DNA from: Octopus sinensis
Taxonomy: Eukaryota
Direction of reading: 5' to 3'
Length of the DNA: 64,000 nucleotides
Assembly: GCF_006345805.1 (NCBI RefSeq)
Contig: NC_043002.1
Span: 32,984,001 to 33,048,000, forward strand
Positions 25,011 through 37,209 of the stretch are shown piece by piece. The translations under genes and the position numbers were made by a program. Each line of letters starts with the position of its first letter. Position 1 is the stretch's first letter. The notes under the pieces were generated by a model. It was given only the letters and a program-made list of their open reading frames with translations. It was not told the origin of the DNA and did no database searches.

Positions 25011-25871
25011 TGCCTAGAAATGAATTACGTGCTTACATGAAACTCTCAACTTTTTAGTCACTCTGTAACGTATGTCGCTTATGTGTGTGTGTATGTGTGT
25101 GTGTGATGCGTTGGGGAAAATCACGCTATAAGGTTCGTGAATTTGAATATATTTTTACGACTGAAGACAGAAAAATGATTTCACACTTTTGTGCGAACAG
25201 TGAGGGGAGTATTTCTCTTTTTCTTCTCTTCCCTTTATATCATTACAATTTTCAGCTGAACTTTTTGATAGCATTGAGAACACACAAGGAAAGGCGGGGA
25301 GTTCAACATACAAAGCTGTTCTAGACACTAAATTTATAAAAATACAATCAGCAAAAAGAAAGTGAAATAAATCATTGTTTCTATTGTGTAACTAGACGTG
25401 AAAATTTGAGTGGCAGGGCTGAGAATATTGAATCTATTTATAAGAATGTAGATAGGTATTTAATATCAATGGACACCGTTAAAGTGCGCTAAGGATGAAC
25501 TTTGTGGTAAGATATACATAGGAGATTAAAGTGAAAGTTATGAGAGAAGTTTTGGTAGTGAGTCACTGCTGCAATGAAATAGGATGAGACAGACAATATT
25601 CTTATGGAGAGTCAGTGCGAGTGTGTGCGTGCGTGTGTGTACATACATATATACAAATATGTATAAAGGCGTGGGTGTGTGGTAAGATGCTTTTTTCCAA
25701 ACTACATGGGTCCAGGTTCAAGTCCCACTGCGTGGTACCTTCATAGGCAAGTGTCTTCTACTATAGCCCCGGACCAACCAAAGCCTTGTGAGTTGATTTA
25801 GTAAACGGAAAAACGGAAACCAAAAGAATTCCATCGTATGTGTGGTGTGTGTGTGTACATACCTATGGGTG

Positions 25872-26210
25872 TGAAGGCGTATGGCTCAGTGGTAAGAGAG
25901 TCAGGCTCACAATCATGAATGAGGAAGTGAGTTCGATTCCCGAATCAGGCTGTGAGTCGTGTTCTTGAGCAAGCCACGCTGCTCCAGTTCACTCAGCTGT
26001 AGAAATGAGATGCCACGTCAGTAGTGCCAAGCTGCATCGAACTTTGCCCTCTCTTGGATAAAATTGGTGGCGTGGATAGTGGAAGCTGGTATACATGGGC
26101 GATTGTTGGTCTTCTATAAACAATCTTGCTAGGACTTGTTCTTCTGAGGGTAATTTTCTAGGTGCAATTCCATGGTCATTCATAACCGAAGAGGGCCTTT
26201 ATCCTTTACC
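25872..26210 (+). mobile_element. tRNA-derived SINE (further family)
   Basis: A-box tggctcagtggtaag, B-box gagttcgattccc, then a 'gtgttcttgagcaag..ccagttcactcagctg' conserved-type segment. Confidence 0.7.
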
Positions 26211-26245
26211 TATGTGTACATATATCTGTATATATAAATATATAT

Positions 26246-26290
<45 letters not shown>

Positions 26291-26610
26291 CGTTATGTTA
26301 TGTAACTTATATTCTTAATCGGCCATAGTTACAAAGTGACTCAAGATCCGAGGCGTTCGTGCATAGATCTCGACATCATTTGTGCATGTATGTATGTATG
26401 TATGTATGTATGTATGTATGTATGTATGTATGTATGTATGCATGTGAGTATGTATGCATGCATGTGTGTATGTATAAAAGATTACATTCTGATCTCATAA
26501 CTTTGTCAGCATTCATAATTATGAAAGGACTCGGTATTGAATCCGGAGTATTTGTATTTTCTAAATGTGTTTCTTCATATTTTAATAGTCCTGTAAAGTG
26601 TTTCTCTAGA

Positions 26611-27249
26611 GTGTAGGACAAAACCCCCACTAGGACAAAAACCTCTAAGACAAAAACCCCTTGAGTTAAAGTGCGAAATAGGAAAAAAACTCCTCTGTAT
26701 TTTTTCAGTTTTTTTAAAACTTTAATACCATCAAAATTAAAAGAAAATATATAATTTAAGTGATTTATTACTCTAATAATCTGAAAAATATAATCTTTCT
26801 TTGTGTTGATCCACTCCACACGACTATTGTTTTGCCTACATGGGTACCGTGCTTCTCCATGTATAGGTAAAAGCATATCTTCTTAAAAAGAAAAACAAAC
26901 ATGTAGTGCAATGGAAGACCATTAATGCAACCAAATGCTAAGGAAAGAATGCAGACAGATGAGGGTAAAGAAAAACACTGACCTGTTTCTGTGTATAACC
27001 CGCTTTTGAAATTATGGTTCTCAGGTAGACAAAACTATAACCATTTAGCGTGGACTAACGCAAAGAAAAATAATGATATTTTTCATGATTACTTGAATTA
27101 TATTTTTTCTTCTAATTTTAATAGTATTTTAAATGGTAATAAAGTCCAAAAACATAAAAAATATAACCGGGGTTGTTTTGTCCTATTTCGTACTTTAACT
27201 TAGGAGTTTTAACCGAGATGTGGGGAGGTGTCCTAGAGGTTTGTCTGGG
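26611..27249. mobile_element. Fold-back/MITE with long imperfect inverted arms and subterminal aggacaaaa(a)cccc repeats
   Basis: agttaaagtgcgaaatagga (left) is the reverse complement of tcctatttcgtactttaact (right). The AT-rich inner arms also pair (26700-26780 vs 27075-27165). Confidence 0.6.
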
Positions 27250-27730
27250 CCTGTCTATCTAGTAAGGAATATTTAGCATATAGAGTCTCATATCTTCCTA
27301 ACAGAGACTGCAGGTTTTTCAATATCCAGTTAAAGCATTTTGTTGGTAATAATTGTCGATATTAAACTTTAAGGGACATATAGTTCAAAACAGTCGGACT
27401 CATCTCATTACAACTTAACGTTTCATAGGCACGTAGAACGAACCTAACCCGTCAGCCATCTAGACAAGAGAGACACTCTCTCTCTTTCTCTCTCTCCCTC
27501 TCCAGATGATTCACGTTTTAGTTTCGTTCTAAAGGCGTAGAAAACCTTAAGATGCATGGAACAGAGTCAAATTGTTAATTAATATAACTCCTATCAAACG
27601 AATTGAGTGCTACTTTCTATCGTTTGTTCATTCATATATATATATATATACGAGGCGGTGCCCCAGCATGGCAGCAGTCAAATGACTGAAGCAAATAAAA
27701 GATAAAAGATATATATATATATATATATAT

Positions 27731-28106
27731 AGGCGCAGGAGTGGCTGTGTGGTAGGTAGCTTGCTTACCAACCACATGGTTCCAGGTTCAGTCCCACTGC
27801 GTGGCACCTTGGGCAAGTGTCTTCTACTATAACCTCGGGCCGACCAAAGCCTTGTGAGTGGATTTGGGAGACGGAAACTGAAAGAAGCCCGTCTTATATA
27901 TGTATATATATATGTGCATGTGTATATGTTTGTGTGTCTGTGTTTGTCCCCCCCAATATCGCTTGACAACCGATGCTGGTGTGTAACTTAGCGATTCGGC
28001 AAAAAAGACCGATAGATGAAGTACTAGGCTTACAAAGAATAAATCCTGGAGTCGATTTGCTCGACTAAAGGCGGTGCTCAGTCAAATGACTGAAACAAGT
28101 AAAAGA

Positions 28107-28108
<2 letters not shown>
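27731..28108 (+). mobile_element. CORE-type SINE (family C), full length
   Basis: ggcgcaggagtggctgtgtgg.. head through ..tcaaatgactgaaacaagtaaaaga tail. Confidence 0.88.
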
Positions 28109-28143
<35 letters not shown>

Positions 28144-28637
28144 TATATATATGTAAAGATATATATACACACACATATATATATATATAAAGATATATAT
28201 ATATACACACACACGCATACATATATATATATATTATATATATATATATACGAAAGAAGGTTTGAAAATGCAATTTAAAAGATGTTTATTTACTTTACCG
28301 GTTTCACTCTTTGGAAAAAGGTTGTCAAAAGTAACATGTGGAAGTTTGGTTGCGTTAATTATTGGTTGTTGCAAATTGCTACATTACATATATATATACA
28401 GTCTTCGGTAACAGGGACATGTTACGGACATAAAAAAGTACAACAGTATGTTGAAAATATAAAGAGGTTTAACAAGCTCATTGAAAAAATGGGCAGAAAA
28501 GATTAAAACAAATATATTATACATCTCAGGGTAATTTCCAGGAGGAATTATTAAAAAAGTTCAGTACAGAATATTATGAATTCAAAAAGATTTACATTAA
28601 TGTAGTGCTGAGGTTGTTATATATATATATATAATAT

Positions 28638-28693
<56 letters not shown>

Positions 28694-28710
28694 TATATAT
28701 ATATATATAT

Positions 28711-28771
<61 letters not shown>

Positions 28772-29306
28772 TAACAGATGAGATGCAGAGATGCTCAATA
28801 TAGAAAACACTTTATAGTGCTCAAAGGATTTGAACTTTCACCCCGAAATATTTGTTACGTCATGACGAGCCCCAGAAAAGGTTGTCAGTCATGTAATACC
28901 ATCCTATCTCTCCTTAGTCTTCTTTATCCTTATACTCTGCGTAAAACTGCTCTGTTAATATATAAATCACTATATATTAATACATGAATGTTCCTTTATA
29001 GTTACGTAATTCTTCCCCCACCCAGAAACATCTGTCAAACTTCTTCCCTTAGATTTATGGTTTTTTTTTTAGTATTCTATGTAAATCTGCTCTGTTAAGG
29101 CATAGATATCTATATATTTATACATGAATGTTCATTGTCTAGAAATTTTTATGTCTTCGTTTTTCTCTATTTGCATGTATATATATATGTGTATATTTAA
29201 TATATCAAGCCCAAGCTTGTTTATTTGTTTATTTGCATCGTTATCTATCTATCTATCTACACTTACACACACACACACACACACATGCAGGGCGTGACAT
29301 CTTTAT

Positions 29307-29346
<40 letters not shown>

Positions 29347-29859
29347 CTGTTGTAATTGTTGTTCTTAAAGTAAAATATAATTTAAGAGTACTGACCCAGG
29401 GCCATCTTAACAATGTTATAAGTACCAGGGCAAAACAATGCATTAGGGACTATAATATTTATTTATTGACAGTAGCTTACAGCATACATTGTTCAGCTTT
29501 GGGCCCCTAGGCTGATAAGGTCCCCTTTAAGACAGTATTGGCTTTGAATGTTATTTCTACCAGTTAAACCTTTCCGCTTAAAAAGCGAAGTATTATAACT
29601 TTTTAAAAAATTGCGCTGATTACTTCAATTAGAAAATTTTTTACTGCGCGTTTGGCCTCTTTTGATTGAACTCTCCGGCTCACCAATCTAGAGATATGCT
29701 ATTTCTTTTCTTCTGTGCCTCTTAAGCGACCTAATGTCTCTAGTCCTGTATCATATATTCTCGTTCATTGACGTCGAACATTCCATGCAAGTCCAGCTAT
29801 TGTGTGACATCGATATTGGATACCTGCCAATTGGTCTTGCATGATATACAATTTATGCC

Positions 29860-30290
29860 AGACGACAGCACCACCATCAGTACCACCGCCACCACAAGCT
29901 ATTACTTCCTTCCCCTCTCACTACAATCACTACCTCAACAAGTAGCAAATTTAACAGTCTCATTCGACACCACTAACTGGAGCATTATCACGACCAACAT
30001 CATTGCTATATATAAATAAACCTAACACCCCTATGGTGAAAATCAACTCGGCAACAATCTCTTGTGGTAAAGACATTATCAACTCTACCACCAATACTAC
30101 CATTATTACAACCTCCATCACCACCACCACAACAAAAACCGTCAACAACACCACCGTCAAAATCACCGCCACCACCTTCATCACAATAATCGCTACCATA
30201 GCCAAAATCAACTCGATAACATTCTACTGAGGTAGCATTATCGATAATGCCACTACCACCACCATCACCACCATTGCCCTTACCACCAAC
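29860..30290. repeat. Degenerate (ACC/AAC)n low-complexity tract
   Basis: Thr/Val-rich pseudo-ORFs on both strands, with no splice or domain support. Confidence 0.7.
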
Positions 30291-32033
30291 AGTACTGTTC
30301 TCAAGATACAATAAAACAAAATCTTCTATAAGCACTGCACCTCTGTTACTAAGGTCACACAAGCATTAACATCTCTCCTTATCTAGTTTGCTTTTCTATT
30401 ATTAGTTACTTTCAGTGAAGCTTTAAGTAAATTCTGCTGTTGCTATTGTTTCTAAATCAACCCCCGGCTCGGTCGTGTTTGAATGTAATTCAACTAAATG
30501 ATTTCTTAGTCTGTTTCCCACCAACAACGCCCTTCACTAATCGTTATCTTCTCTCTCGTCATGCTATTGTCCATGCCCTCGCCTTTAGCATACCGAAGCA
30601 ATTACTTTTAAAGCGTCAACTATTCACTTGCCCTTAGCAAACTACCACCTTCCTGAAATCCTTTGTGTAAAAAGACATTCACACAGGTGAGGAGAAAAAT
30701 CTCTCCCTATTGAGACCCAATAAATAAATGAATGAACAATGTCCTACTTATGATATGCAAGAGCGTGAAGAAATAATCCTATACTATTTTCGGTGTTGAC
30801 CCTCCTTCATTCTTTAAACATGTACTTAACAATAACTCCTTACAGTCGAAATTTCAAAAAGAAAATGTAAATAAATAAAACCATTCTAACAAAATACACA
30901 GTGTCCGATTTTTCTGATATACAATAGCTAAACATACTTTAAAGTATAGACGTAAACCCCTCGTGACTAACGTTCGTGATAAATTGCTATTCCCAGTAGT
31001 AGTTTGTTTGTAAAATATTTAGTTGAGTGGTTAAAAAAGTTTGCTTCGGAACTATGTTGTTTTGAGTTCGATCCTCTTCCACGGCATCTTGAACACGTAT
31101 TTTCTACATAAATCAGTTCGATTCGAAATTTGCGAGTGAAATTGTGTAGATAAAAAAAAAACTGTGCGGAAGCCTGCGAGCGGAACCATTCCTTTGTGGT
31201 AGACTTAATCCATCACCAGATTTTATACCACCATGATGACCTTAGATTCATTTAGCAGACTTCTGTCAAGTATTCGAGTTAGGTGTCCACTTTGAAGATA
31301 ACTTGCTTCCTTCTTTCCACCAGTCCCCGAAACCCTGAAATAGGTGCAGAGTACAGTTCTTCATCTTCTGTCTGCATTGTTAGTGTGCAGACGAAAGACC
31401 TAACAACTCTTTTCTTTCTTTTAAACTGCGGCTTCAGTATGAAATGAAATATTGAAAAGGCTGGAGACAACACTTCATATGCGTTAAACTTGTGTAAATA
31501 TCAAGCAGCCTTTGAACGACAGCAGCTAAGGTTGGTAGTTTAATAGTATAGCAAAGAAGGTGATAGCGGGTAACTTACGAAAGGCTTTGTAAATGATAGC
31601 ACGCTATAATTAAGAGGATGAGAGACACATACATGCCTGCATAATTCCAAACAACGTGTTGCTGCAAAAATTAAACTAAAGTATGGGGCCCAACAACCAA
31701 TCCCCTAGTTTCGTTTGATACAAGTTCCTCGTAGTATTAAAATCCCAACACTACTTACTGGACTGCCACTGACTCTGAATGAAAACAATGATTATTACTA
31801 GTTTTTCGCTAAGTACTTCAGAGGAGAGGTGCACCACCACCAGCAATGAACAAATGTTATCATCAACATCGGAATATTGAGTGCGAATGGTTATAGTGTC
31901 TGGATTACGGAGATATAATTATGCCTAAAGCAAGATTATGCTGGTATAAATTTGTTTTTGTTTGTTTGTTTGTTTTTTTCACAAATTTTAGGCTTATCAC
32001 TAGCTTCTATTTTAGTTGATATATACTGTAGAA

Positions 32034-32260
32034 CAGTGGTTCACAAAGTGGGTGATACTGTGCTCTCTCGGGGAAGGTGGGATGATCGAGAATGGAGGGG
32101 AGCGAAGGAAAACGGGGCGATAATAGGGTGACCAAAAGAGTGGCGCTTATTGGCAATGCTCACCAACTTATCGTTCTCAGGTTTAGAAAATAGTCCTTAA
32201 AAATCGATCTGTAAATTGTTTCACGAAATTGGTTTTCTCATCAAAGCAAGACCAAAGAAG
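32034..32260 (+). mobile_element. hAT (Charlie/Buster-type) left end
   Basis: Terminal cagtggttcacaaagtggg resembles Charlie-type TIRs. A similar end, cagtggttctcaacc, is at 39867. Confidence 0.5.
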
Positions 32261-32489
32261 AAAATAAATAAAGAACACGATCAGTTTATTGATAAAGCTG
32301 GTGATAAAATTCCAAAGGAAATTCCCTAGAAAGATATATTACTAACCAAGGGCAGCGTCAACAACAATAATGACGACAAGAGTAGCAACAACAACAATAA
32401 TTAAAAGATTATATGCATGCATACACATACACACACATATAAATATATATGTATGCATGTATGGATATATATATATATATATATATATA

Positions 32490-32857
32490 AGAAATTAACT
32501 GCGTAAAAGTTATTGCGAAGAGTAGTCCATTCAATGAGTTCAATATTACGAAACGTTTCAACTACTGGTACTTATTGCGCTAACGATAGTTTCCCGTACA
32601 TGCGTACATTCATCAGGTCTCAATCGCCTGATGACGCGATGGACGCCTGATGAACGTATGCATGTACGGGAAACAATTAGTAGCGTTATAAATACATGGT
32701 ATTGAAACGTTTAGTTATATATATATGTATATATATATACATACATACATACATATATACATATATATATACATATATACATATTTACATACATACATAT
32801 ATATATACATATATACATATTTACATACATACATATATATATACATATATACATATT

Positions 32858-32903
<46 letters not shown>

Positions 32904-33278
32904 ATATATAAGAAATTAACTGCGTAAAAGTTATTGCGAAGAGTAGTCCATTCAATGAGTTCAATATTACGAAACGTTTCAACTACTGGTACTTATTGCG
33001 CTAACGATAGTTTCCCGTACATGCGTACATTCATCAGGTCTCAATCGCCTGATGACGCGATGGACGCCTGATGAACGTATGCATGTACGGGAAACAATTA
33101 GTAGCGTTATAAATACATGGTATTGAAACGTTTAGTTATATATATATGTATATATATATACATACATACATACATATATACATATATATATACATATATA
33201 CATATTTACATACATACATATATATATACATATATACATATTTACATACATACATATATATATACATATATACATATT

Positions 33279-33335
<57 letters not shown>
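32490..33335. repeat. Tandem duplication, 421-bp unit x2, containing a ~160-bp imperfect palindrome and a TA-rich microsatellite
   Basis: Second copy offset by exactly 421 (32491 vs 32912). Palindromes at 32551-32712 and 32972-33133. Confidence 0.95.
32642..32687 (+). ncRNA. Type-I hammerhead motif (copy 1; identical copy at 33063-33108)
   Basis: GACGC-CUGAUGA-A-CGUAU(GCAU)GUACG-G-GAAAC(AAUUA)GUA/GCGUU. Helix I has 5 bp; predicted cleavage is after 32682. Confidence 0.6.
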
Positions 33336-33337
<2 letters not shown>

Positions 33338-33919
33338 CGTAAGGTGTACTAGCCATCTGAATGTGGCTAGCCACTGGGGGGGTGGGGTGTTACTGATGCT
33401 TTTAGCCCCAGGCTATCAACGTCACCAGTTGGACTTTAGACACAAAATTTCAGTGCCCTTGTGTTATTAGCAAAGGGAGGTCATCCTCCCTCGAAAACCT
33501 AAGTGATACATACGGACTATAGTTTCAAGGTAATTGCCTCTCGTCAACGCATGGTAAACACCGGTTTTCGATGAAGGAGACCCTCTGCAAATAATATTTA
33601 ACGTTTTTCACAGCAACCACAGTCACTGATTTAGAAAAACTGTCTGAAAGCATTAATAAATCTCTGAACGAGATATAAACAGTAACCGCTTGACAACGTA
33701 AGGTGTACTAGCCATCTGAATGTGGCTAGCCACTGGGAGTGGGGCGTTACTGATGCTTTTAGCCCCAGGCGATCAACGTCACCAGTTGGACTTTAGACAC
33801 AAAATTTCAGTGCCCTTGTGTTATTTGCAAAGGGAGGTCATCCTCCCTCGAAAACCTAAGTGATACATACGGACTATAGTTTCAAGGTAATTGCCTCTCG
33901 TCAACGCATGGTAAACACC
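33336..33919. repeat. Tandem repeat, 359-bp unit x1.6, each unit carrying a minus-strand hammerhead
   Basis: Units start at 33336 and 33695. The second unit is interrupted by a SINE A multimer at ~33920. Confidence 0.92.
33509..33553 (-). ncRNA. Minimal type-I hammerhead motif, U3 variant (second copy at 33866-33910)
   Basis: CAUGCG-UUGACGA-GAGG(CAAUUA)CCUU-GAAAC(UAUA)GUC/CGUAUG. Helix I has 6 bp and helix III is the palindrome ACUAUAGU. Confidence 0.68.
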
Positions 33920-34458
33920 ATGGAGCCAGTCGATTAGATCGACCTCAGTAAGCAACTGGTACTTAATTTATCGACTCCGGAAGGATGAAAGGCAAAGTCG
34001 ACCTCGGCGGAATTTGAACTCAGAATGTAATGACAGACGAAATACCTATTTCTTTACTACCCACAAGGGGCTAAACACAGAGGAGACAAACAAGGACAGA
34101 CAAACAAGGACAGACAAACGGATTAAGTCGATTATATCGACCCTAGTACGTAACTGGTACTTAATTTATTGACCCCGAAAGGATGAAAGGCAAAGTCGAC
34201 CTCGGTGAAATTTGAACTCAGAACGTAACGGCAGACGAAATACCTATTTCGTTACTACCCACAAGGAGCTAAACACAGAGGGGACAAACAGGGACAAACA
34301 AACGGATTAAGTCGATTAGATCGACCCCAGTACGTAACTGGTACTTAATTTATTGACCCCGAAAGGATGAAAGATAAAGTCGACCTCGGCGGAATTTGAA
34401 CTCAGAACGTAACGGCAGACGGAATACGGCTACGCATTTCACCCGGCGTGCTAACGTT
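33920..34458 (-). mobile_element. SINE family A multimer (one head + three bodies)
   Basis: Same gaaatac|ctattt body junction as the 25-mer array. The head is at 34420-34458. Confidence 0.9.
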
Positions 34459-34510
34459 TCTGCCAGCTCGCCGCCTTGTTTACTGAAAATATTATAACTA
34501 GTGCGCTTGC

Positions 34511-34690
34511 GCACGTTGCAAGCAACATAAGTGGTAAATATACACATCTTTGAGCAGTTATTACAGCAGCAAATAAAATCAAGGCGCATGCTCTCAATTC
34601 CCTATTGTTTCAACAGCTCTGATAAAGATTTTAAACAATTACTGCATACAGAAGTTCAGTGGATGAGAAAGGGAAATTGCCTGAAAGTTT
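34511..34690 (+). pseudogene. hAT (Buster/Charlie-type) transposase remnant
   Basis: Reads AVITAANKIKAHALNSLLFQQL*..DFKQLLHTEVQWMRKGNCLK, matching the 'LLLHTEVRWLSKG.CL' motif. Confidence 0.8.
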
Positions 34691-35818
34691 CTTTTCCTTT
34701 TTAAAAGAGTTGTTGAATTCTTGCACGACAATTTTCTTCATTGTGATGAAGCACCGCCTTTAATGAAATGATAGTCTAAGCCTTTCGCTTCTTTTAACTT
34801 TAACCTTGTTCTTTTTAAGTTGTAGTTTATAACCAAGATAGCTAGTGTGTTTATACCTATTATCATATTTCTTCGATTGTCTTCAATTTTTAAAATTGAT
34901 CTAACTCTCCCGTAGGATTCTTTTGTAATTCTCTCTTTTCTTTCTGTGTAATATATTTTATCAACGTCATCTACTCCTAAATATTTGGAGGACGGTTGTG
35001 ATCTAATTCGATGATCCGAGTACCTGAAACTAATTGAATGTTCTCAGTTTGAATTAATATGCAACTTCTTTTAGCAGCCTATTACACAGTTCTCTAATTC
35101 CATACAGCATTTACGTCTTGGCTGAAAACACTATTAATGTTGTTATTAATTATTCAATGTTAAACCAAACGTAGGTTTTGTCAGAGTAATATGTAGATGG
35201 TTTTACAACTAGGTATTCACACAGAGGACATTGTTTATGGTTGCTTTGGACGATTTCTAATCATTGGCAATTTTATTCAATAGATTTGCCAATAATGTCA
35301 GAACCAGGTAGAATAGTAGAATGGATACGAAGTCTTTCTAAAAAATGCCTTTCGCATAGCTTTAAACATGATTTTAATTATCTTCCCGGTATCCTGTGGC
35401 GGTATGCAACTTTGATATTCTAGTAGTCTTATTGTTATAGCGTGCTTCTGTTGCTTAACCAAGCGCAGATCCGCATAGACTGGGCACTGTTTTGTAAAGT
35501 CACATATTTTTGAGTAGGTGTGTTAAGGAACGTGTCCCGCCGAGGTGGTAGTGTTTTCCATTTTGTAAAGGCAGCGTATATTCAACGTGCCTCACCCCAA
35601 AAATGTAAAATATAAAGGACCAGCTTTATATATTAATAAAATGTAAGGGAGTTGATGTAAAATGTAAACGACTTGCTTTATGTAAATAGAGAACGTTTCC
35701 CCAAAATAAACTATGAAATGCTTAATTCTGTCTTGTTGCTTTGTTAGCAACCGATTTGAACTCTCTCAAGAAGAACTTAAATTAAACTCAAAGAAATATC
35801 ATACATACATTCATACAT

Positions 35819-36210
35819 CTACAGTTACTCTACCTGGATTGCAAGTTCAGGTTTATACCTGTAATTATTGGAACACTGGGATATGTAACACACTGCCTAA
35901 GTAGCAATTTTGAGAAATTAGGCTTCTCAAAATCAGAAAGGAGGAAGTTAATTCGAAGACTACAGATCCAATCCGTCACTGGAACTGTAAAAGTTTCCAG
36001 AAGTTTATTATTGAAGTACATATGCGCATGTCTAGGCATGCAACTATATGCATGAGAATACGGACGTAAAACAATGCATAAAAACCTGCACATGCACTGA
36101 CTTTAGATACTGCTCATATAAACACATACATGCAAAAATACCGTGTTGTTGAAATTCCAATGGAGGAGCTTTGGATTTAGGTTAGAAATTAGCTCTTTCT
36201 CAACTGGCCC
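35819..36210 (+). mobile_element. R4/Dong-like (restriction-like endonuclease) LINE 3' remnant
   Basis: LQLLY..FIPVIIGTLGYV..FEKLGF..LIRRLQIQSVTGTVKV, the typical R2/R4 C-terminus, followed by a 3' UTR. Confidence 0.7.
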
Positions 36211-36317
36211 TTTTATCTACACTACACCTCAGAGATTTGTAAGGGCAGTTCTGGGTTAAACTTCTGAATTCGAAATATGTATCTTATTTAATATCCTATG
36301 CATTGTTATCATCCAAG

Positions 36318-36720
36318 GCGAAGGCGGCGAGCTGGCAGAATCGTTAGCACGCCGAGCGAAATGCTTCGCAGTATTTCGTCTGCCGCTACGTTCTGAGATC
36401 AAATTCCGCCGAAGTCGACTTTGTCTTTCATCCTTCCGGGGTCGATAAATTAAGTACCAGTTACGCACTGGGGTCGATGTAATCGACTTAATCATCCCGT
36501 TGTCTGTCCTTGTTTATCCTCTCTATGTTAAGCTCCTTGTGGGCAATAAAGAAATAAGAAACGTTAGTATGCCGGGCAAAATGATTAGCGACATTTTGCA
36601 CGTCTTTACGTTCTAAGTTTAAATTCCGCCGGAGTTGACTTTACTTTTCATCTCTTTCAGGATCGATAAAATAAGAACCAGTGAAACACTGGAGTCGATA
36701 TAATCGACTGGTACCCTCCC
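36318..36720 (+). mobile_element. SINE family A dimer
   Basis: Full head aaggcggcgagctggcagaatcgttagc, body, tail gggcaataaagaaat, then a second copy starting within the A-box region. Confidence 0.85.
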
Positions 36721-36779
36721 CCAAAATTTTAGGCCTTGTGCCTTTAGTAAAGAGGATTATTGTTATTATTATTAACAAT

Positions 36780-36942
36780 AGGCGTAGGAGTGGCTATGTG
36801 ATAAGTAGCTTGCTTACCAACCACATGGTCCTGGTTTCAGTCCCACTACGTGACACCTTGGGCAAGTGTTTTCTACTATAGCCTCGGGCCGACCAAAGCC
36901 TTGTAAGTGGATTTGGTAGACGGGAACTGAAAGAAGCTCGTC

Positions 36943-36997
<55 letters not shown>

Positions 36998-37200
36998 TGT
37001 ATATGTTTGTGTCTGTATTTGTCCCCCCAACATCGCTTGACAACCGATGTTGGTGTATTTATGTCCCTGTAACTTAGCAGTTCAGTAAAAGGGAAGGATA
37101 CAATAAGTACTAGGCTTACAAAAAAAAAGTCCTGGGGTCGATTTGTTCGACTAAAGGCGGTGCTTCAGCATGGCCGCAGTCAAATGACTGGAACAATTAA
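36780..37200 (+). mobile_element. CORE-type SINE (family C), full length
   Basis: Same head, CORE and tail as 27731-28108. A 5'-truncated copy is at 39366-39740. Confidence 0.85.
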
Positions 37201-37209
37201 AAGAATAAT

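Noticed and set aside
29960-30362. Thr-rich mucin-like ORFs
   Set aside because: Degenerate trinucleotide low-complexity DNA, open on both strands, with no signal peptide or splice sites.
31279-31473. 64-aa minus-strand ORF with non-repetitive composition
   Set aside because: No recognisable motif or convincing splice context; unclassified.
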